Assembly (NCBI GenBank): GCA_963737635.1
Contig: CAVTTL010000001.1
Location: 1,408,001 to 1,472,000 of the forward strand
DNA length: 64,000 nt
Reading direction: 5' to 3'
Source: an uncultured Methanoregulaceae archaeon
Lineage (GTDB): Archaea; Halobacteriota; Methanomicrobia; Methanomicrobiales; Methanospirillaceae
The notes beneath the pieces were generated by a model. That model had not been told where the DNA came from and searched no databases. It worked only from the letters and a program-made list of their open reading frames with translations. Position numbers and translations under genes: made by a program. Shown here in pieces: positions 52,315-61,873 of the stretch. The first letter of the stretch is position 1. The number at the start of each line of letters is the position of its first letter.

Positions 52315-53043
52315 CGATTTTGCTGCACTATTTGTGGACTGGGTGTCTTCTCCAGCATAAGTCCCGTTTTTTCATGAGGGAAAGATCCCGGGTGGACAAT
52401 ACGTCCTTCCCTTTACTCTTTTAGAGATTTTTTTATAATCCTCCAATTCAGTCTCTTTTTTGATATTTGGGTTTAAATCTCGGTTTTTTCACTTATCTTT
52501 GGAAGGGATATGCAGATCATATAAACCGTATAATGCTATATACTAAATCAGTCCTTTGTGCTATCAGATTTTTCGAATAGTTATTCATGCTAGGGCAGAT
52601 CTGAAGGAAATTAAGACCGTTTTCTCCCCATATTCTTCATCCATAGTCCCGGAAAGAGAGAATTTGCATCCTGTTTTCGCGTTTTGGAAAATGGTAAAAT
52701 ACTTCATTTTCATTCCGGAAAAATCCGGAATTTCCACTTTTTTCCGAAAATCAATGGGAATGATTAGGTATGTATTGCCGTCATGAACAATGTTGTTTTT
52801 TAATTTTCCCTTTCCAAAAATTTCCCATTTTTCCCAGTTATTCGAACAGGAAAACCGTTTATCATTTTTCAACGACACGGACTCTCTAGCAATACCCATA
52901 ACATCTTCATGATTCCCTGCCTCAGAACCAAAACACTCTTGCTTATTATGGATATCAATGCTTTTTTGAGATCAGAGAATGATATAACAGGGACATAGCC
53001 ACGAAATCTGAATACGGCTAGATGAGTGGTCAAGTTGTCGAGG

Positions 53044-53116
53044 ACCCCCGTAGTGTAGCGGTCAATCATGCAGGACTTTGGATCCGGCGACACCAGTTCG
53101 AATCTGGTCGGGGGTA
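53044..53116 (+). tRNA. tRNA-Gln (anticodon TTG)
   Basis: Acceptor ACCCCCG/CGGGGGT plus A, D arm GTGTAGCGGTCAATCAT, anticodon loop CT-TTG-GA and T arm ACCAG-TTCGAAT-CTGGT. Confidence 0.9.
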
Positions 53117-53191
53117 TCTATTCTCAGAAAAGCAAACCCATTTTTATATCCGGGTTACGCATATCCCGGATTATTGAGCGATCTCACACAT

Positions 53192-54070
53192 TCAGCAATG
53201 GCAGCGGAACAGATCCCGGATAAGATCCGGGATCTCCGAAGGCCGTGATGCAACGGGAATATCCATCTTTTTGAGCTGGGCAATCTTGGATCGTGCGTCG
53301 CTCTCTCCGCCTTCCACGATCGCACCCGCATGGCCCATTCGTTTATCCGGCGGCGCTGAGACCCCGGCGATATAGGCAACAAGAGGCACGTCCGTGTGCC
53401 GGGCTCCTTCTGCCTCAAGATTTCCGCCAACCTCGCCGATCAAGACGACAGCCTTCGTCTCCGGGTCTTCTGCAAACCGTTCCAGTACGTCACTGAAAGT
53501 CTGGCCGATTACCGGATCACCGCCAATACCCACGACCGTGCTCTGCCCGATCCCTGCCCGTGTGAGTTCGTCGACGACTTCATAGGTAAGCGTCCCGCTC
53601 CGGGAGATCACCCCGACATGACCCCGCAAGAAGAGCCCGGAAGGCATGATCCCCATCTTTACTCCACCGGGTGAGAGCAGGCCCGGACAGTTGGGGCCGA
53701 TAACCGAACAACCCTGCGTCTCCGCAAAGGCAATTGCTCTCATGGCGTCATGCACCGGCACATGCTCGGTAATCGCGACGACCAGTTCGAGACCGGCGTC
53801 TGCTGCCTCCATAATAGAATCTGCCGCAGCACCTCCCGGAACAAAGACAACACCCGCGGTCGCGTCCTGCTCCCTGAGAGCATCTTTTACCGTGTTGTAT
53901 ACCGGGACGCCATGGACGGTCTGGCCGCCTTTTTTTGGCGTAACTCCTGCGACAACCCCACGCCCACCGACCTGCCGGGCATACTCGTTCATCAGGCCAA
54001 TGTGATACTCGCCCTGCCGGCCGGTTGCCCCGGTTACTATAATTCCGGTCTTCTTATCTCCGTAGATCAT
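53192..54070 (-). CDS. sucD: Succinyl-CoA synthetase alpha subunit
   Basis: [23 protein letters not shown] and MGHAGA phospho-His motifs. Confidence 0.93.
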   Translation of the reverse strand: MIYGDKKTGIIVTGATGRQGEYHIGLMNEYARQVGGRGVVAGVTPKKGGQTVHGVPVYNTVKDALREQDATAGVVFVPGGAAADSIMEAADAGLELVVAITEHVPVHDAMRAIAFAETQGCSVIGPNCPGLLSPGGVKMGIMPSGLFLRGHVGVISRSGTLTYEVVDELTRAGIGQSTVVGIGGDPVIGQTFSDVLERFAEDPETKAVVLIGEVGGNLEAEGARHTDVPLVAYIAGVSAPPDKRMGHAGAIVEGGESDARSKIAQLKKMDIPVASRPSEIPDLIRDLFRCHC

Positions 54071-55152
54071 CCGGCCACCTCCACGGCTTTTTTTACGACA
54101 AGATCCATAGTATCGAGCATCTCGTACCCTTTTTCTGAGAGAAGTTTTCGTCCCTCATCGGCATTTGTTCCGGCGATCCGCACGATCACCGGGACGGGAA
54201 CACCGGCGGCTATGATACCCTTTGCAACCTCGTCGCACCGGGTGATGCCACCCAGAAGGTTAACCACAATGACCCTGACTGAAGGAACACCGGAGACAAG
54301 GCGGACCGCATGCATTACGCGTTCGCTGTCCGCTCCTCCACCTACATCGAGGAAATCCGCTGCTTGGCCGCCGTAGTACTCAATGAGGTCCAGGGTTGAC
54401 ATCGTAAGGCCGGCCCCGTTCCCTATGACACCTATGGTGCCCTCGAGTTCCACAAACGAAAAGCCATGTTTCTCTGCCTCTCTTTCACGTTCGGTCAGGT
54501 CTCGATTGATGGCAATACCCTGGCGGCCGAGGCTATTATCATCAACAATCAGCTTTGCATCGGCTGCATAGACACCGCCCGGTGTCGTAACCAGCGGATT
54601 TATTTCAGCGAGAAGGGCGTCCTTGTTGCAGAATACGTGGTACAGCCGGTTGACCGTTTTCTGGATCTCGGCCGGGGCGTCACCGCAGAGTTCACGCAGG
54701 AGAAAGTTCGGTATATCGGAGAGGAGAGGGCAGAAACTGACCGAGCGGATGGCATCTTTCTTCTTGTGGGCAGTCTCTTCGATGTCTATGCCCCCGGTCT
54801 CGGCAAAGAGGATCACGGGTTGTTTCTTTATCCGGTCAATCGTGATGCTCACGTAATATTCATGCTGGATATCGAGGCGTTCCTCGATGAGCACCCGCTG
54901 GACCGGTAGCCCCTTGATCGTCGTGTTGAAGAGCTGGCGGGCGGTCTCGATAACCGTATCGCGGTCGGCCATCAGGACACCCCCGGCCTTTCCCCTGCCG
55001 CCGACATCCACCTGCGCCTTGACGACGACTTTTTCAGCGATTGCATCCATATGGAGGAGGATCTCCTCATGCTTTCCCACAAGGATACCAGTTGGCACCT
55101 TGATGCCCTCTTGGGCAAAGAGCTGTTTTGCCTCGTATTCCAGTAGTTTCAT
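54067..55152 (-). CDS. sucC: Succinyl-CoA synthetase beta subunit
   Basis: LLEYEAK, KAQV..GGRGKAGGV, EINPL, NGAGLTM and GGITRCD motifs. Confidence 0.93.
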   Translation of the reverse strand: MKLLEYEAKQLFAQEGIKVPTGILVGKHEEILLHMDAIAEKVVVKAQVDVGGRGKAGGVLMADRDTVIETARQLFNTTIKGLPVQRVLIEERLDIQHEYYVSITIDRIKKQPVILFAETGGIDIEETAHKKKDAIRSVSFCPLLSDIPNFLLRELCGDAPAEIQKTVNRLYHVFCNKDALLAEINPLVTTPGGVYAADAKLIVDDNSLGRQGIAINRDLTEREREAEKHGFSFVELEGTIGVIGNGAGLTMSTLDLIEYYGGQAADFLDVGGGADSERVMHAVRLVSGVPSVRVIVVNLLGGITRCDEVAKGIIAAGVPVPVIVRIAGTNADEGRKLLSEKGYEMLDTMDLVVKKAVEVAG

Positions 55153-55688
55153 GACTGTTTTTCCCCTCCTGCAAGTGCAATCCCGAGTTCCATGGCTTTT
55201 GTGTTGAGCTCTTCAGTGCCTTTTGGTACCGAATCGAGAATGGCCTTTTTAAGCGCCTCTTCGCTGACCACATGGGTGTAGCCAACGAGTGCCCCGAGCA
55301 TTACGATATTTGCGACGATGTCCCGGCCGAGGGTCTTCCTGGCCACCGCCGTTGCCGGGATCTCGTAAAACATGCAATCTGGGCGTGAATGAACGAGCGT
55401 GGAGTCGAGGAGCATTACCGCGTCAAGTTGGGCTGCAGCGCCATATTTCTCGAAACCCTCTTGGGACATGATGACAAAGATATCCGGATTTGCGACCTTA
55501 GGATACAGGATCTCTTCATCGTCAATGATTACTGCGCTCATGGACGCTCCGCCCCGGGCTTCGGGTCCGTAGACTTGGGTCTGCACGGCGAACGTATGGT
55601 CGTACATCACGGCGGCACGACCTAGGATGACTGCGGAGAGGATGATTCCCTGCCCGCCAAATCCGGAGAATCTGACCTCACGTCTCAC
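55149..55688 (-). CDS. korC: 2-oxoglutarate:ferredoxin oxidoreductase gamma subunit
   Basis: GFGGQG, YGPEARGG and NIVMLGA motifs. Confidence 0.85.
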   Translation of the reverse strand: MRREVRFSGFGGQGIILSAVILGRAAVMYDHTFAVQTQVYGPEARGGASMSAVIIDDEEILYPKVANPDIFVIMSQEGFEKYGAAAQLDAVMLLDSTLVHSRPDCMFYEIPATAVARKTLGRDIVANIVMLGALVGYTHVVSEEALKKAILDSVPKGTEELNTKAMELGIALAGGEKQS

Positions 55689-56488
55689 GGCTTCGCCTCC
55701 GCCGGTGGTATTCCCATTGCAGGCCGGTTGCGGCGCATCAGTTCTCCCACCACATATGCATCATCCGGGATTTTCTCGCCCTGTTCGAGCATTCGGTCCC
55801 GCTTTGCCTTCAAAAGCGAGTGCGATTTGAGGTACTCTATCTGGTCGGCAACCTGCCGGAACTTGTTCCGGCGACCAAAGTTTGTCGGGCACTGGGACAG
55901 TGCTTCAATAAAGGAGAACCCTTGGGTCTCAAGACCGGTTTTTACCGCCCGTTCGAGTTCCTTCACATGGTAGGAAGTCCACCGGGCAACGTAGTTTGCC
56001 CCCGCTGCAATGGCGAGCTCCGAGAGATCGAAAGCCGGCTCGGTACAGCCAAATGGCGTCGTTGTCGAAATGCAGCCCCGGGGAGTTGTCGGACTGCCCT
56101 GCCCTCCGGTCATACCATAGATCTGGTTGTTCATGCAGATGACGGTGAGATCAATATTCCGGCGGCAAGCGTGGATAAAGTGGTTGCCCCCGATCGCCGC
56201 GAGATCCCCGTCCCCGGTAAAGACAATGACATGGAGTTTCGGGTTTGCCATCTTAACTCCGGTCGCAAAGGCAAGCGCCCGTCCATGTGTCGTATGGAGC
56301 GAATCGGTGACAATGTAGCCAGGAGCTCTCGAGGAACATCCGATGCCGGAGACAAAGACAGTGTCTTCTTTTGTCCAGTCCATTGAATCGACGGCGGCAA
56401 GCGTGCAATTGATGATCGTGCCGTTCCCGCAGCCTACACAGTAGATGTGGGGAAGCCGGTCCTGCCGGAACCAATCTTCGAAGCTCAT
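55685..56488 (-). CDS. korB: 2-oxoglutarate:ferredoxin oxidoreductase beta subunit
   Basis: CVGCG, SGIGCS, GDGD...NN TPP-binding motif and YGMTGGQ. Confidence 0.88.
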   Translation of the reverse strand: MSFEDWFRQDRLPHIYCVGCGNGTIINCTLAAVDSMDWTKEDTVFVSGIGCSSRAPGYIVTDSLHTTHGRALAFATGVKMANPKLHVIVFTGDGDLAAIGGNHFIHACRRNIDLTVICMNNQIYGMTGGQGSPTTPRGCISTTTPFGCTEPAFDLSELAIAAGANYVARWTSYHVKELERAVKTGLETQGFSFIEALSQCPTNFGRRNKFRQVADQIEYLKSHSLLKAKRDRMLEQGEKIPDDAYVVGELMRRNRPAMGIPPAEAKP

Positions 56489-57582
56489 GGTCCAGCCTCA
56501 AGGATACCCAAAAGTTCAGTTGGCGTATGCAGATCCCCGCCGAGTTTAGGGACTAACGTTACCGGAACATTTGTGTGTCTTTCAATCTCTCTTGCGATCT
56601 GGCCGAGGTTGAGTTCGGGTACGATAAAGTGTCGGACATACCTGAAGATGGCGAGGGCATGGGAGGGGAACGGCCAGACCGTACGGATCCGTAAAAAGCC
56701 GATCTTATCCGGGTGATCGTGGAGTACCTGCTGGACGGTGCGGACAGGCGCGCCATACGCGATAAAGACCTGTTCTGCATCAGGATTGATCACGTCGAAA
56801 TCCGCGAGTGTTTCGGTCGCCGATTCGATCTTGTCTACGAGCCTTTTTACGAGCGTCGCGTGCAGGCCGGGATTTGTTGCACACGGATAGCCCCGTTCAT
56901 CATGGGTGAGTCCGGTCACGTGCGTTCCGTAACCTTTACCGAATTCGGGGAACCCGGGAATGAGGCCTTCTCCCGGTTTAAACGGTGGGGTGCCGGGCAC
57001 AAAGGTCGGGCGCCCGGTGCGCTCAACCGTATCCGGCACGAGAATGCGCTCCCGCATGTGCCCGATCACCTCATCGGCCATTAAAAAGACCGGTACCCGA
57101 TAGCGATCAGCGAGATTGAACGCCTTTACAGTAAGATCGTACATTTCCTGGACGCTTGCAGGGCAGAGCGCGATTACCGCGTAGTCGCCATGCGACCCGA
57201 ACCGGCACTGCAGCATGTCCCCCTGTGCCGCCATAGTCGGCTGGCCGGTAGAAGGGCCTCCCCGCTGTACATTCACGATAACGCAGGGGGTCTCGGTCAT
57301 CGCCGCGTACCCGATATTTTCCATCATCAGGGAAAAACCCGGGCCGCTCGTCGCGGTCATCGCCCGGGCCCCGGTCCAGGCCGCACCGATGACGGAGGCG
57401 ATGCTTGCCAGCTCGTCTTCCATCTGGATGAAGACCCCACCCTTTTTGGGGAGCTTCACCGCCATATGCTCGGCGATTTCTGTCGAGGGAGTAATAGGGT
57501 ATCCCCCAAAGAAGCGGCAGCCCGCCGCAAGAGCCCCTTCTGCAGACGCGATATTTCCCTGCCAGAATTCAGTCCGTGTCAA
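56485..57582 (-). CDS. korA: 2-oxoglutarate:ferredoxin oxidoreductase alpha subunit
   Basis: YPITPSTE, QMEDE, TATSGPG and QRGGPSTG motifs. Confidence 0.88.
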   Translation of the reverse strand: MTRTEFWQGNIASAEGALAAGCRFFGGYPITPSTEIAEHMAVKLPKKGGVFIQMEDELASIASVIGAAWTGARAMTATSGPGFSLMMENIGYAAMTETPCVIVNVQRGGPSTGQPTMAAQGDMLQCRFGSHGDYAVIALCPASVQEMYDLTVKAFNLADRYRVPVFLMADEVIGHMRERILVPDTVERTGRPTFVPGTPPFKPGEGLIPGFPEFGKGYGTHVTGLTHDERGYPCATNPGLHATLVKRLVDKIESATETLADFDVINPDAEQVFIAYGAPVRTVQQVLHDHPDKIGFLRIRTVWPFPSHALAIFRYVRHFIVPELNLGQIAREIERHTNVPVTLVPKLGGDLHTPTELLGILEAGP

Positions 57583-57851
57583 TATTCAATCGCCACCTTG
57601 AGGGGTTCGTACGGCTCCTCCTCCACCCAGTGAATAGCCTGGTCGGGGCAGGTGAGCTGGCAGACGCCGCAGAGCTGCCGTCTGTAGAAATGGCGGAGCC
57701 GGCAGTTGGTGCAGCGTTCCGGCCGGTCGAGTTCGGGCACTACAATCCCTCGCCGATTCGGGTTTTTTCCCTCTTTAAAAATGCGGTACGGGCAGACCTT
57801 TACACAGAGATTGCAGCCCTTGCATCGGGTCTCGTCTATGGCGAGTTTCAT
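57579..57851 (-). CDS. korD: 4Fe-4S ferredoxin (oxidoreductase delta subunit)
   Basis: CKGCNLCVKVCP and CTNC...CGVCQLTCP motifs. Confidence 0.8.
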   Translation of the reverse strand: MKLAIDETRCKGCNLCVKVCPYRIFKEGKNPNRRGIVVPELDRPERCTNCRLRHFYRRQLCGVCQLTCPDQAIHWVEEEPYEPLKVAIEY

Positions 57852-57892
57852 GGGATGTGTCCTATGTATGTAGCCGTTGAGGTGAAAAAAAC

Positions 57893-58450
57893 TTATTCGT
57901 CAGAGCATTCCCGCAGCTGCCCGGTCGTGAATACCCGGGATGCATTCTCCAGCACGGCCTCGAAAAGATCATTACCGTGTGCATCGATACCGACTACGAG
58001 CGGCAGCTGTTCGAGCTCAATGACCCAGACCGCTTCTGCCATGCCAAGATCCGGAAAATAAACTCCTTTGAGCGTCATATGCGACGCAGCAAGCGCCGCA
58101 CAGCCCCCGGTAAAGGCAAAATAGACACCTCGTTTCCGCAGTTGCTCACGCACGGTGCGGTCCATGCCTCCTTTACCTATCAATGCCCGGACTCCGCTCT
58201 CAAGCAGGAAGCCGGTGAGAGCATTCATCCGTGCGGAGGTGGTCGGGCCTGCTGCCACGATCCTGTCGTCTTTTATCACTGGTCCACAATGGTAAATCAC
58301 AGCTCCTTCGGGATCAAACGGGATGCCCTCTTTTTTCATGCGAAGATGAGCTTCGTCTCGCGCAGTGTACACCAAACCTGAGAGTTCAACCCGGTCGCCT
58401 GCGTGGAGGGTGAGGATTTCGTCCCCCAGAGGAGTCTTTAGCTGGATCAC
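57893..58450 (-). CDS. Class I fumarate hydratase beta subunit
   Basis: TARDEAH, GPTTSARM, IGKGG and LGMAEA motifs. Confidence 0.88.
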   Translation of the reverse strand: MIQLKTPLGDEILTLHAGDRVELSGLVYTARDEAHLRMKKEGIPFDPEGAVIYHCGPVIKDDRIVAAGPTTSARMNALTGFLLESGVRALIGKGGMDRTVREQLRKRGVYFAFTGGCAALAASHMTLKGVYFPDLGMAEAVWVIELEQLPLVVGIDAHGNDLFEAVLENASRVFTTGQLRECSDE

Positions 58451-59283
58451 CAGTCCACCTCTACGGTTGCATGGCGGTTTGCCCAGCATTGTACATTCAC
58501 GGCGACAGGGAGTGAGGCGGTATGGCACGACGCGGTCTTTACCTTGACCGCAAGCGCGGTGATGTTCCCGCCAAGCCCCATCGGCCCGATTCCGAGCCGG
58601 TTCACTGCGTTGCAGAGCTTCTGTTCGAACGCATTCATCTGGTCCACAGGTTGGAGCAGTGCTTCCTTTGCAAGCGCCGGGGCACTGTCGAAGGTCCCCC
58701 CGATCCCGACACCCAGCACAACTGGTGGGCAGGGCCGTCCTTCGGCAGCCAGCATGGTCTGGACAACGACCTCCTCGATTTTCTTTTTCTGCGACGGGAG
58801 GAGCATCACCACCCGGGAAACGTTCTCTGCCCCGGCACCTTTGGGCAGCACGGTTACCAGGAATCGCTCCCCGGGTCGCACATGAACCGCAGGCACCCCG
58901 GTACCGGTATTATTTCCCGAATTGTGCCGGGTGAGGGGATCGACGACATTGGGGCGCAACGGGACTTCAATCGTTGCCCGTCGGATACCGTCTGCGATGG
59001 CGTCAAAAAGAACCTGTGAGAACGGCACTTCCGGAGGCAGCGTAAGGTAGACGATCGGTACACCGGTATCCTGACAGAGTGGGACACCGAGGCACTCAGC
59101 AGCAGAGATATTCTTTGTTATATTTTCATATTCCCCCGCAGCCACTTCATTGGTCTCGCAGGCAGCAGCTTGAGCAAGAGATTTTTTTACATCCGCGGGC
59201 AGGTATATGACCGCATTCCGCATGGCCCTGCACGTCGCTTTTGCCAGTGCTTCCCGCAGATGCTCCGGTTCCCTTTGCTGCAT
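58447..59283 (-). CDS. Class I fumarate hydratase alpha subunit
   Basis: CQDTG, KGAGAEN, PCPP, GPMGLGG and CWA.R motifs. Confidence 0.88.
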   Translation of the reverse strand: MQQREPEHLREALAKATCRAMRNAVIYLPADVKKSLAQAAACETNEVAAGEYENITKNISAAECLGVPLCQDTGVPIVYLTLPPEVPFSQVLFDAIADGIRRATIEVPLRPNVVDPLTRHNSGNNTGTGVPAVHVRPGERFLVTVLPKGAGAENVSRVVMLLPSQKKKIEEVVVQTMLAAEGRPCPPVVLGVGIGGTFDSAPALAKEALLQPVDQMNAFEQKLCNAVNRLGIGPMGLGGNITALAVKVKTASCHTASLPVAVNVQCWANRHATVEVDW

Positions 59284-59442
59284 TCAACCATAGTTAGGCG
59301 GCAGGGAAGTTATATACTGTGCGACTGGGCATGCCGGTGCAACGGGTGATCTACCGATCTTTCGCGAAGAACAAAAAGCAAAAAAAAGTGGATTAACAGA
59401 CGATATCGGATCTGAAAAAAGACAGAAAACCGGGGATGCCGG

Positions 59443-60198
59443 TTACTTCTTGTCCTTGCCACCCTTTGCCGGGGCAGCCTTTCCGCCTTTCGCAGCCTCA
59501 GCACCCTTTGCTGCAGGCTCTGCCTTGGTGGGTTCAGCACCCTTGTGCGCACCACCCTTGTGGTCTGCGCCCTTTGCACCCTTTGCCGCCGGTTCTGCCG
59601 CCGGTTCTGCTGCCACCGCTTCAGTTTCTGCCTTAACCGGTGCTGCAATCTTATCGCCGGCAATCTTGGGTGCCGCAACGATCCTGCCGCTGACCTTAAT
59701 GGTGTGGACTTTGAGATGGGACGGGGTCGGGAGCTTGTGGGCTCCGTTCCTCATCGCTGCCTTGATCTTGTCTAGGTACTGGGCGGTAGAGTAGACCGTG
59801 AAGATGATCTGGCCTGCTTCTACCCGCGCCGCAGTCCCTACTGCTTTGCCGAAAGCAAGGCGCATCCCTTCAGATACACGGTCTGCCCCTGCACCGGTTG
59901 CCTGCTTGTTCTCCCGGAGCACATGGTGCGGGAAAACGCGAACCTTGAAATGGAAGTTCGTTCTCCCGACATCCTTGAGCAGCTTCCTGTTGATCGAAAT
60001 ACGGGATGCCTCAAGAGCGCTGTGCCGGATCTGGCAGGTTTCTTCAACGATCAGGTCAATCTCAGTCGGGAACTCTTGGGAAAGGTTTCCCATCTCGAAC
60101 TGTACGATCTTATTGCCGGGAACCCCACCCATGTACTCACGCCGTGTATAGGCCTTCTTTGCAAGGTTCCTGTACATCTTCCCCGGTTTTCTTACCAT
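59443..60198 (-). CDS. rpl10e: 50S ribosomal protein L10e (uL16) with a low-complexity C-terminal extension
   Basis: [34 protein letters not shown] and KLP motifs; Ala/Lys/Gly-rich tail. Confidence 0.93.
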   Translation of the reverse strand: MVRKPGKMYRNLAKKAYTRREYMGGVPGNKIVQFEMGNLSQEFPTEIDLIVEETCQIRHSALEASRISINRKLLKDVGRTNFHFKVRVFPHHVLRENKQATGAGADRVSEGMRLAFGKAVGTAARVEAGQIIFTVYSTAQYLDKIKAAMRNGAHKLPTPSHLKVHTIKVSGRIVAAPKIAGDKIAAPVKAETEAVAAEPAAEPAAKGAKGADHKGGAHKGAEPTKAEPAAKGAEAAKGGKAAPAKGGKDKK

Positions 60199-60321
60199 TG
60201 CGTCCTTCTCCTAGTGTATGAATCGTAAAAGCAGGCACGAAAACACACGATATTATGAGGCTATCGTGCCGGCACACTTCACAAACTGCTTTTATAAAAT
60301 AGAGATTGAGGCTATTAAACC

Positions 60322-61083
60322 TTACTGGACGAGATCTGACTCTTCCCGGATCACATCGAGCAGGTGGCGCCGGATCTGGCCGAATTCTTCACTGGTACGG
60401 TCCCGGGGACGGGCGCCCGGTATGGCAACAATCTCCTTGATCTTCCCGGGGCGGTGTGTCAGGACGATGATCCGGTCTGCAAGGAATACTGCTTCGTCGA
60501 CGCTGTGGGTGACAAAGAGGATCGTCTTCTTCGTCTTCTCCCAGATCCGGAGTAGTTCGTTCTGCATCCGGTTGCGTGTCTGGGCATCGAGAGCGCCAAA
60601 CGGCTCATCCATGAGAAGAATGGACGGCTCGATCGCGAGTGCCCGTGCTACTGCCACTCTCTGGCGCATCCCCCCGGAGAGTTCATAGGGGTACCGGTGC
60701 TCAAACCCTTTAAGGCCCACTAGATTGAGATACTTTTCCGTAGCAGAAGTCCGATCTGGATTGCCCAGTCCCCGTAATTCAAGCCCAAACGCTATGTTCT
60801 CTTCAACGGTCCGCCACGGGTAAAGAGAGTATTCCTGGAAGATCATTGCCATCTTGGGGCTTGGTCGGGTAACTGGCTCCCCGTCGACAGATACCAATCC
60901 GGATGATGCAGATTCAAGCCCAGCAATAATACGAAGTATGGTGGTCTTGCCACATCCTGACGGTCCGAGGATACAGATGAACTCTTCGTGATCAACGGAG
61001 AACGAGATACGGGAGAGTGCTTCGATTGTTTCTCCGTTACCTGAAGAAAAGGTCCTTGAAACATCACTGACCGTCAGCGTCAT
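60322..61083 (-). CDS. NitT/TauT-family ABC transporter ATP-binding protein
   Basis: GPSGCGKT, LSGGMRQR and LLMDEPFGALD motifs. Confidence 0.92.
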   Translation of the reverse strand: MTLTVSDVSRTFSSGNGETIEALSRISFSVDHEEFICILGPSGCGKTTILRIIAGLESASSGLVSVDGEPVTRPSPKMAMIFQEYSLYPWRTVEENIAFGLELRGLGNPDRTSATEKYLNLVGLKGFEHRYPYELSGGMRQRVAVARALAIEPSILLMDEPFGALDAQTRNRMQNELLRIWEKTKKTILFVTHSVDEAVFLADRIIVLTHRPGKIKEIVAIPGARPRDRTSEEFGQIRRHLLDVIREESDLVQ

Positions 61084-61842
61084 CGCTCCAGCCCCCTCCA
61101 CCCGAACCAGCGTTTTTCAGCCGCCTTGAACCCTTGGTCAATAGCAAGGCCGATGAGACCAATCACGATGATTCCGGCAATGATTACATTGGTCTGCCCC
61201 AGATTGTAGGCGTACATGATCAGGTATCCGAGACCTGACGTCGGGCCCGGCAGGATCTCAGCAGCGACGACGCACATCCATGCAATTCCAAAGCCCACCC
61301 TGAGGCCGGTCCAGATGGTCGGGGCGGCCCCTGGCACTACCACTTTGATGAGGATCTGGCGTTCGTTTGCCCCAAGTGTTGTACCCACCTCGATCCAGGT
61401 ATTCTTGACACCCCGTACGCCATCGACCGTATTGAGCAGGATCGGGAACACAGCCCCGATAAAGATGATAAAGACGATAGAAACAATTCCGATCTTGAAC
61501 CACGCAAGTGCGAGAGGTACCCATGCGAGGGGAGGCACCGGGCGGAGGAGTTCAAGGGTGATATCGAAAAAATCGTTGAGAACCGCAAATCTGCCCATCC
61601 CGATCCCAAGAGGGATGGCAACAGCAGCAGCAAGTGCAAAGCCGAACACTACCCGCTCTATACTGACTGTGGCGTTCTCCACCAAGCTTCCTGTGCCAAG
61701 AATATCTGAAAACGGGCTGAGCAGTACCCGGAATGACCGTCTCAGGTTTTGGCAGGAAAAAAGGGTTGTTGACGATGATTGCCGCAATCTCCCATCCGAG
61801 GATGATGAGGACAGGCAATACCAGTCCGAGACGCCGTGTCAT
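61080..61842 (-). CDS. NitT/TauT-family ABC transporter permease (frameshift near 61740)
   Basis: LP.P N-terminus, RPVPPLAW, EAA-like loop and W..VVAAE...SGLG motifs. Confidence 0.88.
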
Positions 61843-61873
61843 TGTTCCTGATAATAATGACGCGCAAACCTCA

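Noticed and set aside
52523-52548. dif-like site AAACCGTATAA...ATATACTAAAT downstream of xerA
   Set aside because: The arms resemble dif but are separated by 4 bp instead of 6; a similar near-match at 48641-48667 also has the wrong spacing.
52556-53093. Short ORFs 52556-52786, 52585-52899 and 52869-53093
   Set aside because: Low-complexity AT-rich translations with no recognisable motif; one overlaps the tRNA.
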